Part shown: positions 26,601 through 38,700 of the stretch, piece after piece
How the letters are laid out: the number at the start of each line of letters is the position of its first letter
How positions within the stretch are numbered: position 1 is the stretch's first letter
Assembly (NCBI GenBank): GCA_036172245.1
Contig: JAYWIR010000028.1
Coordinates: forward strand, 868,001-932,000
Length of the DNA: 64,000 bases
Source: Raillietiella orientalis
Lineage: Eukaryota
Direction of reading: 5' to 3'
Made by a program: the position numbers and the translations under genes
The notes under the pieces: model-generated
Database searches by the model: none
Told to the model about the DNA's origin: nothing
The model's input: only the letters and a program-made list of their open reading frames with translations

Positions 26601-28815
26601 TGCAAAACCTTCACCACAATCGAAAACTACGTGATCCAAAGAAGATGGCAAATAAAACGCACTCAACAGCGGTACAAAAATTAGATTTGGACTTGGATCT
26701 GGAAATGATTTTAGACATTCATTGGATAACTTCTAAATGTCAGAGACACCATTTACCTAGGTAGATGATACCTAAACAATCCTTTCATTTAGGGTACAAA
26801 CATAATGTGCCTCTACCGCAAAAGTATCCTTACGTAGTGCCAACTTCTGCAATCACACTTTTCGAAAAAAATCTCAAATCATGTTCCCTTCTCACCAACA
26901 CAAATTACAGGAAAACCAGAAAACTCAGGGATACCTTTTACTTTGTCCAGAAAAAATGAATGTAATGTATTACTTGAGTGGAAACTTTTTCTCTTTAAAA
27001 GTTCATTCTCATTCAATCACCCAATAGCTAACAGAAATTAACCAGCTATTCGTATTTGATCTTTTCGAAAAGCTCGGGCAGAGTTCAGATGTGAACCTGA
27101 TGTTTTACACAGAAAATGGTACTGACCGGCAATGCATTAAGATCATTTTCCCGACATTGTTCTGTTCTTTTGATCTTTCCACCGAGCTTACATTTGAGAG
27201 TTTTACAATCATTGAGAATGTATAATCAAAGCTGCTTTACTATGTTAGACTAGATGCCAGAAAAATACCTTCGTAAACTAGATATGTTCCTTGGATCAAT
27301 TGAGCTTGGAAAGTATGGATTTAGTGAGCTCAATTTCAGTAACAAACCTCACGTGCTGATCTTAAAGTATGATGAATACTCGGAACAAATATTCAAAACC
27401 ACTAATGCAAATGAAAAATGGGAAATTCTGCGCGTACAGGTTGCAAATTTAATATTTGAATGTGAAAATCAATGTTTGAGGTAGCTTGCAAAATCTATAC
27501 GTGCATGCAGAATTTGCATGTTCACATATTACATATATGTAAGTAAAGAAAAATGTGCCTTTCATAGGCATACAAACGCTGAACTTTTGCTTGTATGAGA
27601 TCACGAAATGTTTTGCAAAGCTCACATTTTGCAATGTGAGGAGAATAAAGGAGACAAAAACTCTTTGAAAGTTCAGTCTCACCGATCCTCATCCGCTTTC
27701 CGAAACACCATCAGCATCTGAGCATCAAGTTTGTTTTGGAGAAATCTGTAACAGGTTGAAGTTTCGAAAGCTAAAAAAAAAATGCCATCGTTTTTGAAAC
27801 TTCTTCAGCCATCGATCAATCCGACTAAAGATTCTGAGGACACGCAATGATTCGTATCAACCAAAGCACGTAATGCTGATTTCTTTGTCTTCAGTATTCC
27901 GTTCATGTCTTACAAACCACCAGTCATATCATTAAAGTTTGAAATTTCTCCTTTTTCATGTGTTTTTTTATCCCAAGAATTAATTGCAGCTACATTCACG
28001 ATTCCTTCAATAGAACAGGCTTGTTATGCTTCTGTTCCTTTTTTTTTTTTTTTTTTCAAACCTTGCAATGTTACAACCCTCAAATAACAATCATTCGATT
28101 GTATTTTGCATCCAACTGAACTAATAAACAAGGATTTTTGTTTCCAATTTACGTTTTGGTTGTGTTTGCTGCGGTTTGATTTCCTCCATTTCAAAATAGC
28201 ACCGATGTGCTTACTGGTTTTAATTGTCGCATGTAAAAGTACATAAAAACCTAATTATCCTCTTAATGAAAATGTTCAAACAAGAAATATAAGTTATTCA
28301 ATTTTCAAAGCCAGTTTAAGCACCTAGCATTAAAATAATAATCATAGCATTTCAGGAGAAACTAAAATGTACATGCTGTAATTTACAAATACCATAAATT
28401 TATGGATTTTGCAACTTACAATCAGTAAGTTTGCAGAGCATGATTGAATTAATGCATGATGGGTACTCTTTTATTCACATTAATAGAACATTCCGATTGT
28501 GCTTGATAATCCAATCACCAAATAGAATCCTCCAAGAAGTAGGCCAGGATGAGTACTTTGATCTGGAACATGGAAATCTAGTCTAGTGCATTATGGCTTA
28601 AAAAAAATAAAATTGTGCAATCAAGCAGATTACATTGGATACAAATTGCGTCACACAAAAAACTATTTTGCTGAGCTTTTTTAATTTTACATTATTTCGA
28701 CACTGCTCAGAAGGCTGAAACTGGTAGTATTTCTTTAACAATCCCAATTGAAAGCAACATGTATAAGAATTGCAGTAATTATACTTACTGAAAACAATAT
28801 GTATATATACATACA

Positions 28816-28821
28816 TTTATT
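28816..28821 (-). promoter_or_regulatory. Candidate polyadenylation signal of Prp19
   Basis: AATAAA on the minus strand about 285 nt after the TGA at 29104. Confidence 0.4.
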
Positions 28822-29103
28822 TACAACATGTATAAATATATAGAGATGAGAATTGTTAGCAAACTGAATTTAGTTGAAAATGGACGTCAGCATTCCAGAA
28901 AACACGAACTGGCACTGAACAAACAAAATGCTTTTAGCTTAACTGCCTTTTAGAATTCGGAAAATTATGTAAGAAAGAATTCAATAAAAACACGATTCGT
29001 ATAAACCATTTTTGCAATGCACATAAAAATCTATTTTCCAAAATTTATGTAATTTTGGCATTTTTCCAAGTTAAGTTTAAATGATCTAGGTTTTAACTGC
29101 TTT

Positions 29104-32100
29104 TCATGGTCCATACAACTTAAGTGTGCGATCCATGCTGGTGGACAAGATAAACTGTGCATTCAAACCAAAACGCACACCAGTAGCCATGGCTGTGTGA
29201 TCATTAAAAACTTTCAACTCTTGCCATTGCTTGCACAAGTAAATTCTGTGAAGAGATTAAAGTACTTTTAATTCATATTCATCCCAACTTACCTAATATC
29301 TGTGCCAGCAACAGCCAGATATGTGCCACTTTGATCAAAACAAAGATCCCTGATTTCATAACCTTCATCTAACTGAAGTGTTCTGAAATTTTTCAGTTTC
29401 CGTAAATCCCATAATTTAACACATGCATCATCAGCTGCAGTAGCTAAGTAATATCCATTCTCAGAGAATGCTAACGCAGTCACTTGTCCTACATGACCAG
29501 GAAAATTAGCTACATTTGTCCTTTCCTTGAGATCCCAAATTTTGATAAGAGCATCTGAAGTGCCTGTTCCAAAAATAAGTCCATCTGGATGAAACTGCGC
29601 TGAAGTCAGCTCAGCACCACTGGCAGCATCTGATACTTTGGTCAACACATGACCTGTGCGAATGTCTGAAAAAGCCCAGTGTTCATCTGTTGAGGCAGAT
29701 AGCAGATAGTCTCCAGTAGCATGAAGTGACAGCCCTGTGATGGGACCATCATGTGCCCTAATCAACTGTAAAGTTTGAGATGAGGCTACATTCCAAACAC
29801 GTATGGTAGCATCTGGTGATGCTGTAATCACTGTGTCTTCTGTTGGATGATAAGCCACCTTTGTGACCTTTTTGGTATGGCCCTTAAGGACAGCCACTAC
29901 TTGTTCTGTGTCCTTGTTGAATACAGTGGCATTTTTATCGTTTCCACCAGTCAATACACGTCGGCAATCAGATGCGCAAATGTCCAAGGCTAAAATACCA
30001 GGGATACTGGCACTGTGCAGACCTGGATGAGAAGCTAATGTGTGATAAGATCGAAGCATATCAACAGTTGCCAAATCTTCTGGTACTGTCTTGCCACGCT
30101 TCTTTCTTTCCTGGGTAAGCACAGTAGCCTTTTCTTGAAGCTTCTCGATAACTTCCTTTGTAATGCCCGCTTCTTCCATTGGCTGTTGAGCCACACCAAC
30201 TGCTTCCAATCCAACTTGGGGTTGCATCAATTGTCCAGCAGCTGCAATGCCAGCCTGTGGTTTAAGAGTGGCTAAAGCTTCACGTGCAGCTGTGAGCTCC
30301 TTTGACAACCTGGCTATGACCCTGCATGCTGCATCATGCTGATATAGAGCATGGCTAAACAAATGAAGATGAAATACGATATGAAATAGGAGATCAATTC
30401 ACCTTAGCTCTTGACGAGCTGTTTGCAATTGTTGACGTAGAGCAAAGCTATGCAGCATAACTGCATCCCATTCATCTTGCAACAACTTCAAAATGGCAGG
30501 AATACTAGTTGCAGAAGGAGGTTTTGGTTTCACAATAGGAGCAGCTAGATCAAATGAAATAGCAATATAGCAATATCAGTGATCACTTTACTTTTGACTT
30601 CAATAAGCAAATCATTGGTGAGCTCCTTGCCACTGATGGGATCCACACCATTCTCGTTTAAATACTTTTCTATGAGACGGCGCTCAAAAATACAACCAGA
30701 TGAAGGTGAAATCACAGGTTGCTCAGGTACTTCATTACTCACTGAAAGCAAAATACTTAATACCTTTAATCCAATTAATCCGATTCTTGTTTTATGAAAC
30801 AATCTTTTTTAGAAACATTCAAAAAATTATTCATGGGAAATATGTGTCGGTCCAATTTTGGCAAAATCAAAGACTATGCATCACCAAGATACAAAAGTGG
30901 CAAATTAAGTATCAAAGAAATCTAGTCACATGAATTCATCATTTTACTTATTATATGTATACTTATATGAGAACCCTCCATATAGAGAATCTAAGATTAA
31001 CTGCACTCAGTCAAAGAATGGTTGAGCACAAGAATCACTGAAAGAAATACTATTAAAAGAATACACACATAGCTAAGACAGCACTTTTAGTTTTGTTTTA
31101 TTCCAACAACTTCAGTTATTTAGATAGTTTTAAAATCCAAATTTTGTAAAATTTGAGGAAATTGAATTTCAACAAAGAAAAAAAATAAATGCAAACAATC
31201 ACATCAAAACTATGATGATACTCTGCAGGTGAAATCACAATTATTTTACTTTCATTTAATAATGCCAAATATAGAATGATTCAAACCTACTGTATACCAA
31301 TTACAATGATTAGGTACAGACTGATTTAATACCATAACTGCTGCCCTTGTAGGATGCAAACGAACCTTAAACTAAAAAAACGTTTTGCGTAACCTACTTG
31401 TATTTTCATGCACTCATTGCACATTACAGATCATTTATATGATCACAATGACCATTAGAAATGAAACTGTGCCAAAATAACCCAGACCAAACACACAGAA
31501 TGTATGATACCAGAGAATTCTTTGAGTTATACTTAAAAGATATCCATGTGGGTTCATCACTAAGAATTCCAATTAAACACTGCTCTTTACGTTCACGTTT
31601 CAAGCTGACTGCTCTATATGCCAACTGTGGTCTACTTTCAAAATGTGAAGATAAAACCATGTGCTTTACTGCTGCCTGCTTTACATTTATGGTAATTTCA
31701 TAGCAAAGAATTTGAAATGCTATACATTTGTGAAGTTCATACCTGAGAATATTTTCAGAACTTTAGATGATACTCTTAATTACTGAATTTCAGAGAAAAT
31801 AAATAACAAAAATGAATAACAAACCACACTTTCTTTAACATATCTGATTTCAACCAATTATCAAAATGCAAAACCAAATCAATTCATGTGAACATCAATA
31901 TTCAATAGTCTTCAATGCTGAAATTTAAAATCAATACAAACACTTTCGGTGAGTGACATTTTAATACAGTCCTACACTTAGTAAAACTGATTACATATGT
32001 AGGAATGCATCAAAATATAACCTCTACATTTGTCAATTTGGCAGGAGTGACAATATCTTTTGACTTCCTTACTAACTGATCATCTATCTTACTTAGACAA

Positions 32101-32933
32101 CTTCAATGATAAATATGAAAATCAAAAATATCATGTCAATGCTGATCACATATTGATGTTTGCATCACAACTTTCTTACTTCTAGCCAAAGAAACAAGAA
32201 TTTCAGACCTGAATCTGCTAGTTTATGTACCAGTCGTTGATCATCGGGGTACTACTCGCTGCTCAATTTATGTTTGGTTTTTTTCAACTTGTTTTGGAAA
32301 TTAAACAAACATACTCAAGGCTACTTTTCATATGACATCCTTCAGATATTTTGCTTAAATTCATTGCTCTCTTATAGAAATTAAAACAAAAACACTGGAA
32401 AAGTTCTATGACGCATTTTTATGGAATTTATAGTGAAAGGTTCTTCGACCTTAACAACGTAGAAGTAATATTTTGTCAAAATGAACCATAATATTAAGAA
32501 ACTGAAGCAGAAATAATACACTGCATTACTATCACCTCAAATGGTCAAGTTTAAACCGAATAATTCCATTATTCTAAGAAAACCAATAAACCTTTTGGAT
32601 TTATAGCCCATTTTTCAAAATTCAATCATTATTATTGGCCTCATTTACTAATATATTTTTTAAGCACTATTTCAAGGTTCCTCTTTTTCTGTTAATAGCA
32701 CTACTTAGCATGCAATACATAAAATATACTAAAACAATCAACTTGCTGAGGCTATGTCAGTAAGAACTGCAACACATGCACACATTATGCAAAGACCCAG
32801 TAATGATTAACCTGAAGAAATTTACGAAATTTCCACACATTTATATTGAAATGAGGCTAATTGACTCTTAATTGGAAATTACGTATTTGATAAAAGCAAA
32901 AAGCTGATACTTACATGCACATATCAACGCCAT
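29104..32933 (-). CDS. Prp19: Pre-mRNA-processing factor 19 (U-box, coiled coil, WD40), 504 aa
   Basis: Exons 32933-32915 (MALICA), 30741-30592, 30544-30403, 30354-29293, 29245-29104; total 1515 nt. U-box [27 protein letters not shown]; coiled coil [53 protein letters not shown] repeats ([32 protein letters not shown]); ends [11 protein letters not shown]. Confidence 0.98.
31498..31649 (-). ncRNA. Candidate box H/ACA sno/scaRNA A in Prp19 intron 1
   Basis: 5' hairpin (lower stem ttcacattt/aaacgtgaa, upper stem agttggc/gtcagct); H box AGAGCA at 31586-31581, about 16 nt from the upper stem; 3' hairpin (tgat...atca closing, cttttaag/ctcaaag apex); ACA at 31503-31501 followed by 3 nt. About 152 nt, same strand as the host gene. 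Confidence 0.55.
31995..32138 (-). ncRNA. Candidate box H/ACA sno/scaRNA B in Prp19 intron 1
   Basis: 3' hairpin aggaa-gtcaaaagatat...atattttgat-gca-ttcct followed directly by ACA+3 (32000-31998); H-box-like AGATGA at 32085-32080; weaker 5' hairpin (gaca/tgtc, tgata/tatca). Confidence 0.4.
32287..32433 (-). ncRNA. Candidate box H/ACA sno/scaRNA C in Prp19 intron 1
   Basis: 5' hairpin with upper stem ataaaaatgc/gtgtttttgt ending 15 nt before H box AGAGCA (32370-32365); 3' hairpin aagcaaaatatctgaagg/ccttgagtatgtttgttt; ACA at 32292-32290. About 147 nt. Confidence 0.5.
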
Positions 32934-34569
32934 TAATGTCAGGGTAATAGGCAACTTGAAACCGAATTCCGAGCACACATCTAAACGGCAAAGATTCCGC
33001 GTTCACAAAGGTACCACGTTTATTTTTAAAGAACATTAAAAGCTTATATACCTACTAATATGAGTGAATACCTTAAGTTGGTGTTAGTTCTTCGTGGAAG
33101 AAATGAAACATATAGTGTTTCTATATTCTCTGGAAAAACTAAATATGACTTAAAACAAAATGAGAAATCACATTAGTAATTTTGTAATGTCCTTAATTTA
33201 CGCACAAAAGTATATTCTTAATTTATAAAACTTCTCAATTTGATTATTGTATTACATTACTGCATTGTGATCACAATGAAATTGTTATTATATTTAAATG
33301 CAGTTATTTCACACAAATAGATTCATTGATCGTATTAAAAGAGCATATTATCATAATAAGAATAATAGAGAACTACCTTTGATGTCACGATATGCCTTCT
33401 ATCTAGATGATTCCAAACAAAAAGGAGACATTATCTCACATAAAAGCAAAGAAGCATGGAGAGAAAAGTCAAATTAAATTGAACTGAGTAAATGAGCAAT
33501 GTTAGTATTTTCGTTTTTGAAAAACTGTAGTTGAATATGGTTCTACAGAGTACTGTTAGTCATAAAAATAAAATTAATTGTACCATTTTATCATTCCCTG
33601 TTTATCATACGAAATATTTTGAAAAATAAATGCAAAATATAAGGAATAATTGTTTTCAGGTAGAATTAAAGGTGATTTTATGAGGAAACTCCAAGACATC
33701 GCTTCTGTATTGTCTCCCCTAATGGGGAATCATCACTTTTTAATTTCATTGTATCACCAGTTGATCAACGTGAATAAAGTAGACAGTAACACTTTGCAGA
33801 AATCAGGAGGCTTCTGTTATCATTTTTATGAAGAAATATCTGTTAAAATCTTATCTGTTCAAAAGTCTGTATCCTACTCCTTCAGACTATTGATTCAGAT
33901 CTATTTTAATGTCATTAGTCTATGAGTTACCTATTATTCGAAGGGAATATATGCAAAGATCATGTTTCAGCGGGAATTAACAACAAGCATTGTGATCAGC
34001 TAAAGTAAACAAATGTGCTTTACAGAGATATGTACTAGGGATGCCAACTAAGTGTAGCTCAGGACCCATGGATTCATGATGCTGTATTTTTCATGAGTTT
34101 GCTCTCAGAAATTACTGAGTTGTCATCTATTAGATTTACGGATACTGCAACGACTGGTATATGGAAAGCAATGAGAAAAACGTGAGAGGGAATATTGAAT
34201 AACTGATTGTTCTTTCGAAGCTTCAATTACTCTTTAGTAGATTCAAAAAGTTTGCAGTTAACAATTGGAAATTATATTAGATTACTTGCAATGCTTTCTT
34301 TGAGCTCATTTTATTGCATTTATACATTTCATATTGATCCGTATAGTTTATATAAAGCGTAATACTTCGGTGAGGCATGGCTTAATTGTTTCTCAAGTTC
34401 TGAAATGTACTCTTCAGTAATCATTGTGCTACTGATTGTTTATTTGCGTCTACATTAAGGTGCACAAAGTTCGTGCCCAATATGAAATTCTTTACATGAT
34501 AAACCTACATCTAAATGAATCTTAATGCACTTTGTTTTTATCTATTCTTCATATGTTTGCTTCCTTTCT

Positions 34570-35700
34570 CATCTTCCATAAATATATGAATAATCGACTC
34601 TAGTTGCCACAAATTCTCTAAGGTATGTTCTTTCAATCATCCCATCCTGCCGTTGTTTCCTCCCATCTCCTTGCAATCTCCTCTGTTTTTGCTCCATCCT
34701 GCTACCTCCCGGAATCGAGTTTTCGTTCTGTATTCTTCGAAGAGTCCGTATTGCATTGTAATTCTGGAGAAATCCATACTTCACGCTCTGTGTACTTGAT
34801 GTCCTCCTTGTTCCAAATCCATGAACCATTCTCTTTTTTCTTCCCTAGTGTTCAGAGGCATTCTTCACTGTGGAATGAACGAAATAATAGATAGAATTCA
34901 ATTTTGATATTGAAAAATAATTGCTCATGTAGGTGTAGCAAGCGTATAACCTGTGTTAGTACAACACATATGCTCGTCAGTATGTAGATCTGCCTACTTC
35001 TGCTGTTCCAAGTTTTGAAGGTCTTTTAGTTGATTCATCCTTGGAGATTTGCTTGGAAAGTTCACTCTGTGAGTATAACTGGGTTTCTTGCAATTGTCGC
35101 TTTCCCTACTCATTCTCAGTCAATTGTGCCATTCTTACATGAGCATAGGAAAATAATTCCCATTCCTCTTACCTCTCTGGTTTCCCGGAGTATCTAAACA
35201 GAAGTTTAAAGTTGGTCTTCTCAAAAAGGTGATGTGTATCCGTTGAGCAACAAATATCATATCTGAATACAATTGTAAGAAAATCACTGGGGAGCTGGAC
35301 ACCTTCTCCGGGATGGGGTCATTTCCAGTATCAGCATCGCTCAGTATTGAGTAGGTCTTATTTTAGCTTATTTTGGAGGAGCTGCATTTGGAGCTATGCA
35401 TCCACGATGTCGTTAGGGTTCTGTTCCTATTTTTGCTTCCTGCTTGGCGCTACTTTCTCAAAGGACTTGCAGCTCTTATAGAAGATTTAGGCGCCTATTT
35501 GGCATCCACAAATTCTTTCGTATAAATTTCTGCGATAGGTTGGATGAGAGGTTACAAGTTGCAACAGTGTTTTCGGAGAATCCAGCATCTGAAGGTTGAC
35601 TCTTCCCAGAAGCAGCTGATCTCCGAATTCCACTTTTGACATAAGATAATGTCATATTTCTTCAGCACCTGGGTGCCTCAACTGTCGTCCAGAATGCATT
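34570..35700 (-). mobile_element. Possible decayed non-LTR retrotransposon reverse-transcriptase fragment
   Basis: Broken minus-strand fragments in RT order: GFS (cf. GFR), KSFEK (cf. KAFD), SSPVIFLQLYSD (cf. LSPxLFxIYxxD). Many stops; weak match. Confidence 0.3.
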
Positions 35701-38700
35701 CGCTTTCTAATCTTCAAAGCACTATTTTGAATCTTGGCTTTTCTCCCTTCCTTTTCCCGATTGATGGTCTGCTCATTATTTTGAATTGTTTCTTCAGGGG
35801 TTTGTAATACAGTACGATTCAACGAATAAGATTGCTGGCTACTTGCTGGCTCATGTTTGTAGCCAGCTGAGTGGAATAAAAGCTATCGAGCCAGCAAAGC
35901 AACTCGTCAAAGACAGTTTGCTGCTTGCACTCAAATATCCGCTAATGGCGTGGGTGAGGATGCCTCTACAAAGTCCCTGCTAACTGCAAGAGGTGTCTGT
36001 TCTCTTTTCCTTCAAAAACCGAGGCACCGATGTAATACAACCAAATCTCATCACTTCAATGCAAAAATACCCAGGTTTCAGATTTCTTGGTGGAGGCTAA
36101 CGAAGACAGCATGAAACAACTTGAAGTGCTACTACCATCCACCCTTAGGGTCTTTTTCTGTCGTAAACATCTTGAGTGCTTTGAGGTTGCAGAGAAGAAA
36201 ATTCGCGGAAGACCTTGGAAGACAGATGTCCCCAAGGTGGGGAGGTGGAGAGTGATTCTCTAACATCAAGTTTGTTCCACGCACCGCATTGGTTACTCTT
36301 TGTGGAGCTCGAAAAGTGGCTGTGAATTAAGCGATTCCAAAGAGTGCTTCCACTCCAGCAGGAACCATATCATTCTTTGGTCATGGTTGCTTGATGTGTA
36401 AATGTGTCGAAGAGGAAACGAGATGGGAGATGGATGCAGATGGGGAACTCGCATGCATGCATGCATGCATGTGCATACTCGTGTACGGGCAGAATTCGAT
36501 ATGACCTTGACGTTTCCATGGGAGCAGAGGAAGAAGAAGAAGAGAAAAGGTTGCTGGAAGTGATAAGGGTGAGTATTTTTTTCTCTAGCTGTGGTGTTGA
36601 ATGATCTGAGTTTGAAATGGCAGTTGATGACAAACTTCCTTAGATGTGATGAAGCAAACCAAAGTTTCTCTTAGTACATGAAATTTCAAGCGCGACTTTT
36701 CAGCACTTTGAGTGTTTGGGAGGGGAGGGGGAGCCGATGTTTCTTCCGGCAGACAAAGAAGTTCTAAAAAGTGAACTATTAATGTCGAAGAGTAAATAAA
36801 ATGAACGCAAACGAAGAAAACAAAGAGTTAAGTTAATCGAGTGGACGTATGTGTGATGAGGTCATGTCATGTTTACCAACACTGCCGAAATGACTTGCCA
36901 AATTCCTCTTGCTCGAACATGTACGTCCAAAAGAACTCTTTTCATCACTCTGGTTTTAACCAGCAGCGCTGAAAAAGAGAAAATACATATAAAAAGAGCA
37001 TATCTACGTGGAAGTTGAAGGAGCCAATCTAAAAACACAAACATGAGATTTGCGACCCTTTTTATGGTTGGGCACCCTGAGCGACAGTGCCTTGAGCTCA
37101 ACGAAAATGCAACTGCTTCCACGTCGCAGTGAAAAAGCGTTTTTGATCTCACGGAGAAAAACATCCTTTCCGGTGGGTTTCTAACCCCAGTGCACAAATC
37201 ACGAGCAAGGGCACCTACATGAGGCGTCATTGGTGGTGACAATCTGCATGAAAAACTGGCTTGAAATGTATGTCCCAGGGAAGCATTTTGGATATTAAAT
37301 GTGTCTGTTCTTGTCATCAGAGCACTGGCATCTCCCACTAACATGTACTCCTTGCACAAGCATTAGCCCGGACGACATCAGCCTCTCCGTTCGCATATCC
37401 TGAATACATTTTTTATTTCTGAACGACATGAAAATCCCGATCGGTGCGCTGCTCTTCTTTCAGAGGTTATTTGCAAACTGTGTTTCCATAGAAATTGCCT
37501 CGCCAACACGCTACTAAATGCCACCGTTCCAAAGCAACAGGAAAAAGTTTCGCCTTTCTGTCCGAGTTGTCCTTTTGTCCAATGCAAACCAAAGATTCCT
37601 GGTTTGAGATGTGATGCAAGGAAAGAAGATTCAAAACCAGATTTTTTAATCGAAGGTCGAATTCCTAAAGATGTACATGGAATGGAAAGGACACCTTCCT
37701 GGAAGTAGAAAGCCATTTCTGACACTTATAGTGAAAGGCCCGACTTCATCATCGCATAACGCTGACTGCTAGGAAATCACAGGCAGTAGCCGCTCTTGCA
37801 AGTATTACTCAAGGAAATAAAGATGTTTTTTGTAAGCTCATGCATGAGGGTCGATTAGGCAATGAGCATGCATCCCTATGATATGCATAGAATTAAGCTT
37901 TCCAAAGAGTACGTAAGAATAGTGGGTCAAGAATTTCTCGGACTTTGTCTCGGTCTGTCATTCATGTTTGTAGCCAACAGTCAGATCGAGCAAGAGTTTT
38001 AGAAAGGGGATTCGATTAGAGTGAGCCATAGTAAATCTCTGGGAGATTTTTCTGCACGACGGTTTTCTTACACACTGCAGCCTCAACTCGGGAATCTTCC
38101 GCCCGAAAAAAAGCGTTCCAGGGACACTGAACTTTTCGTATTCCCTGAACTCGTCCCACGGGATGCTTTTTCCTTTGTGGAAAGGAAAATGAAGCTGAAA
38201 ATTAAGGGGCACTCCCGTAATCCATAGAAGATGTGAATCCGATCAGGAAACAGGAACCCAATTGAGGTGTGCGCTCTATTCTTTGAAACGGGAGCCAAAC
38301 ACATACACGAACCTTCTAACATTCCTTCTTGTCTCAGCACCAAGAACGAGAAGCATGATTTCAAGTCAGGCAACACACAGAAGAGACCTGTAAAGAGACC
38401 TTTCCAGAAACTGACGCACCATATGAAGCCACGAAAAATGTATTTATGCTGTAAAGAGTTGCTTTCACACAATTACAACCATGCATTCATTGCTAAGTCC
38501 TAGATGGAGTCTTCGAATCCCATGGTGAAAACCAACATTCTCATTCTTTTTTTTTTTTCCAAAAAAAAGGCCAGTAGCGACCCCACGAGGAGATCGTTAC
38601 TATTTGTCTAGGGATGATGGAAATCCTTTTGGGTTCTTCTCTGTCTTCGCTGTTTTATTTCCTTCCAGCTTTTTTTTTTTTTTTCGGATTTTCTTTTTTT

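Noticed and set aside
32200..32420. Resemblance to U3 snoRNA (ATTTCTATA, GATGATC, GGTCTGA)
   Set aside because: The U3 5' boxes (GAC, A') and a proper box B are missing; the 5' part fits an H/ACA fold better.
36451..36476. (GCAT)5 palindromic run, with similar alternating purine-pyrimidine tracts near 46285 and 48860
   Set aside because: Ordinary simple repeats; no evidence of function.
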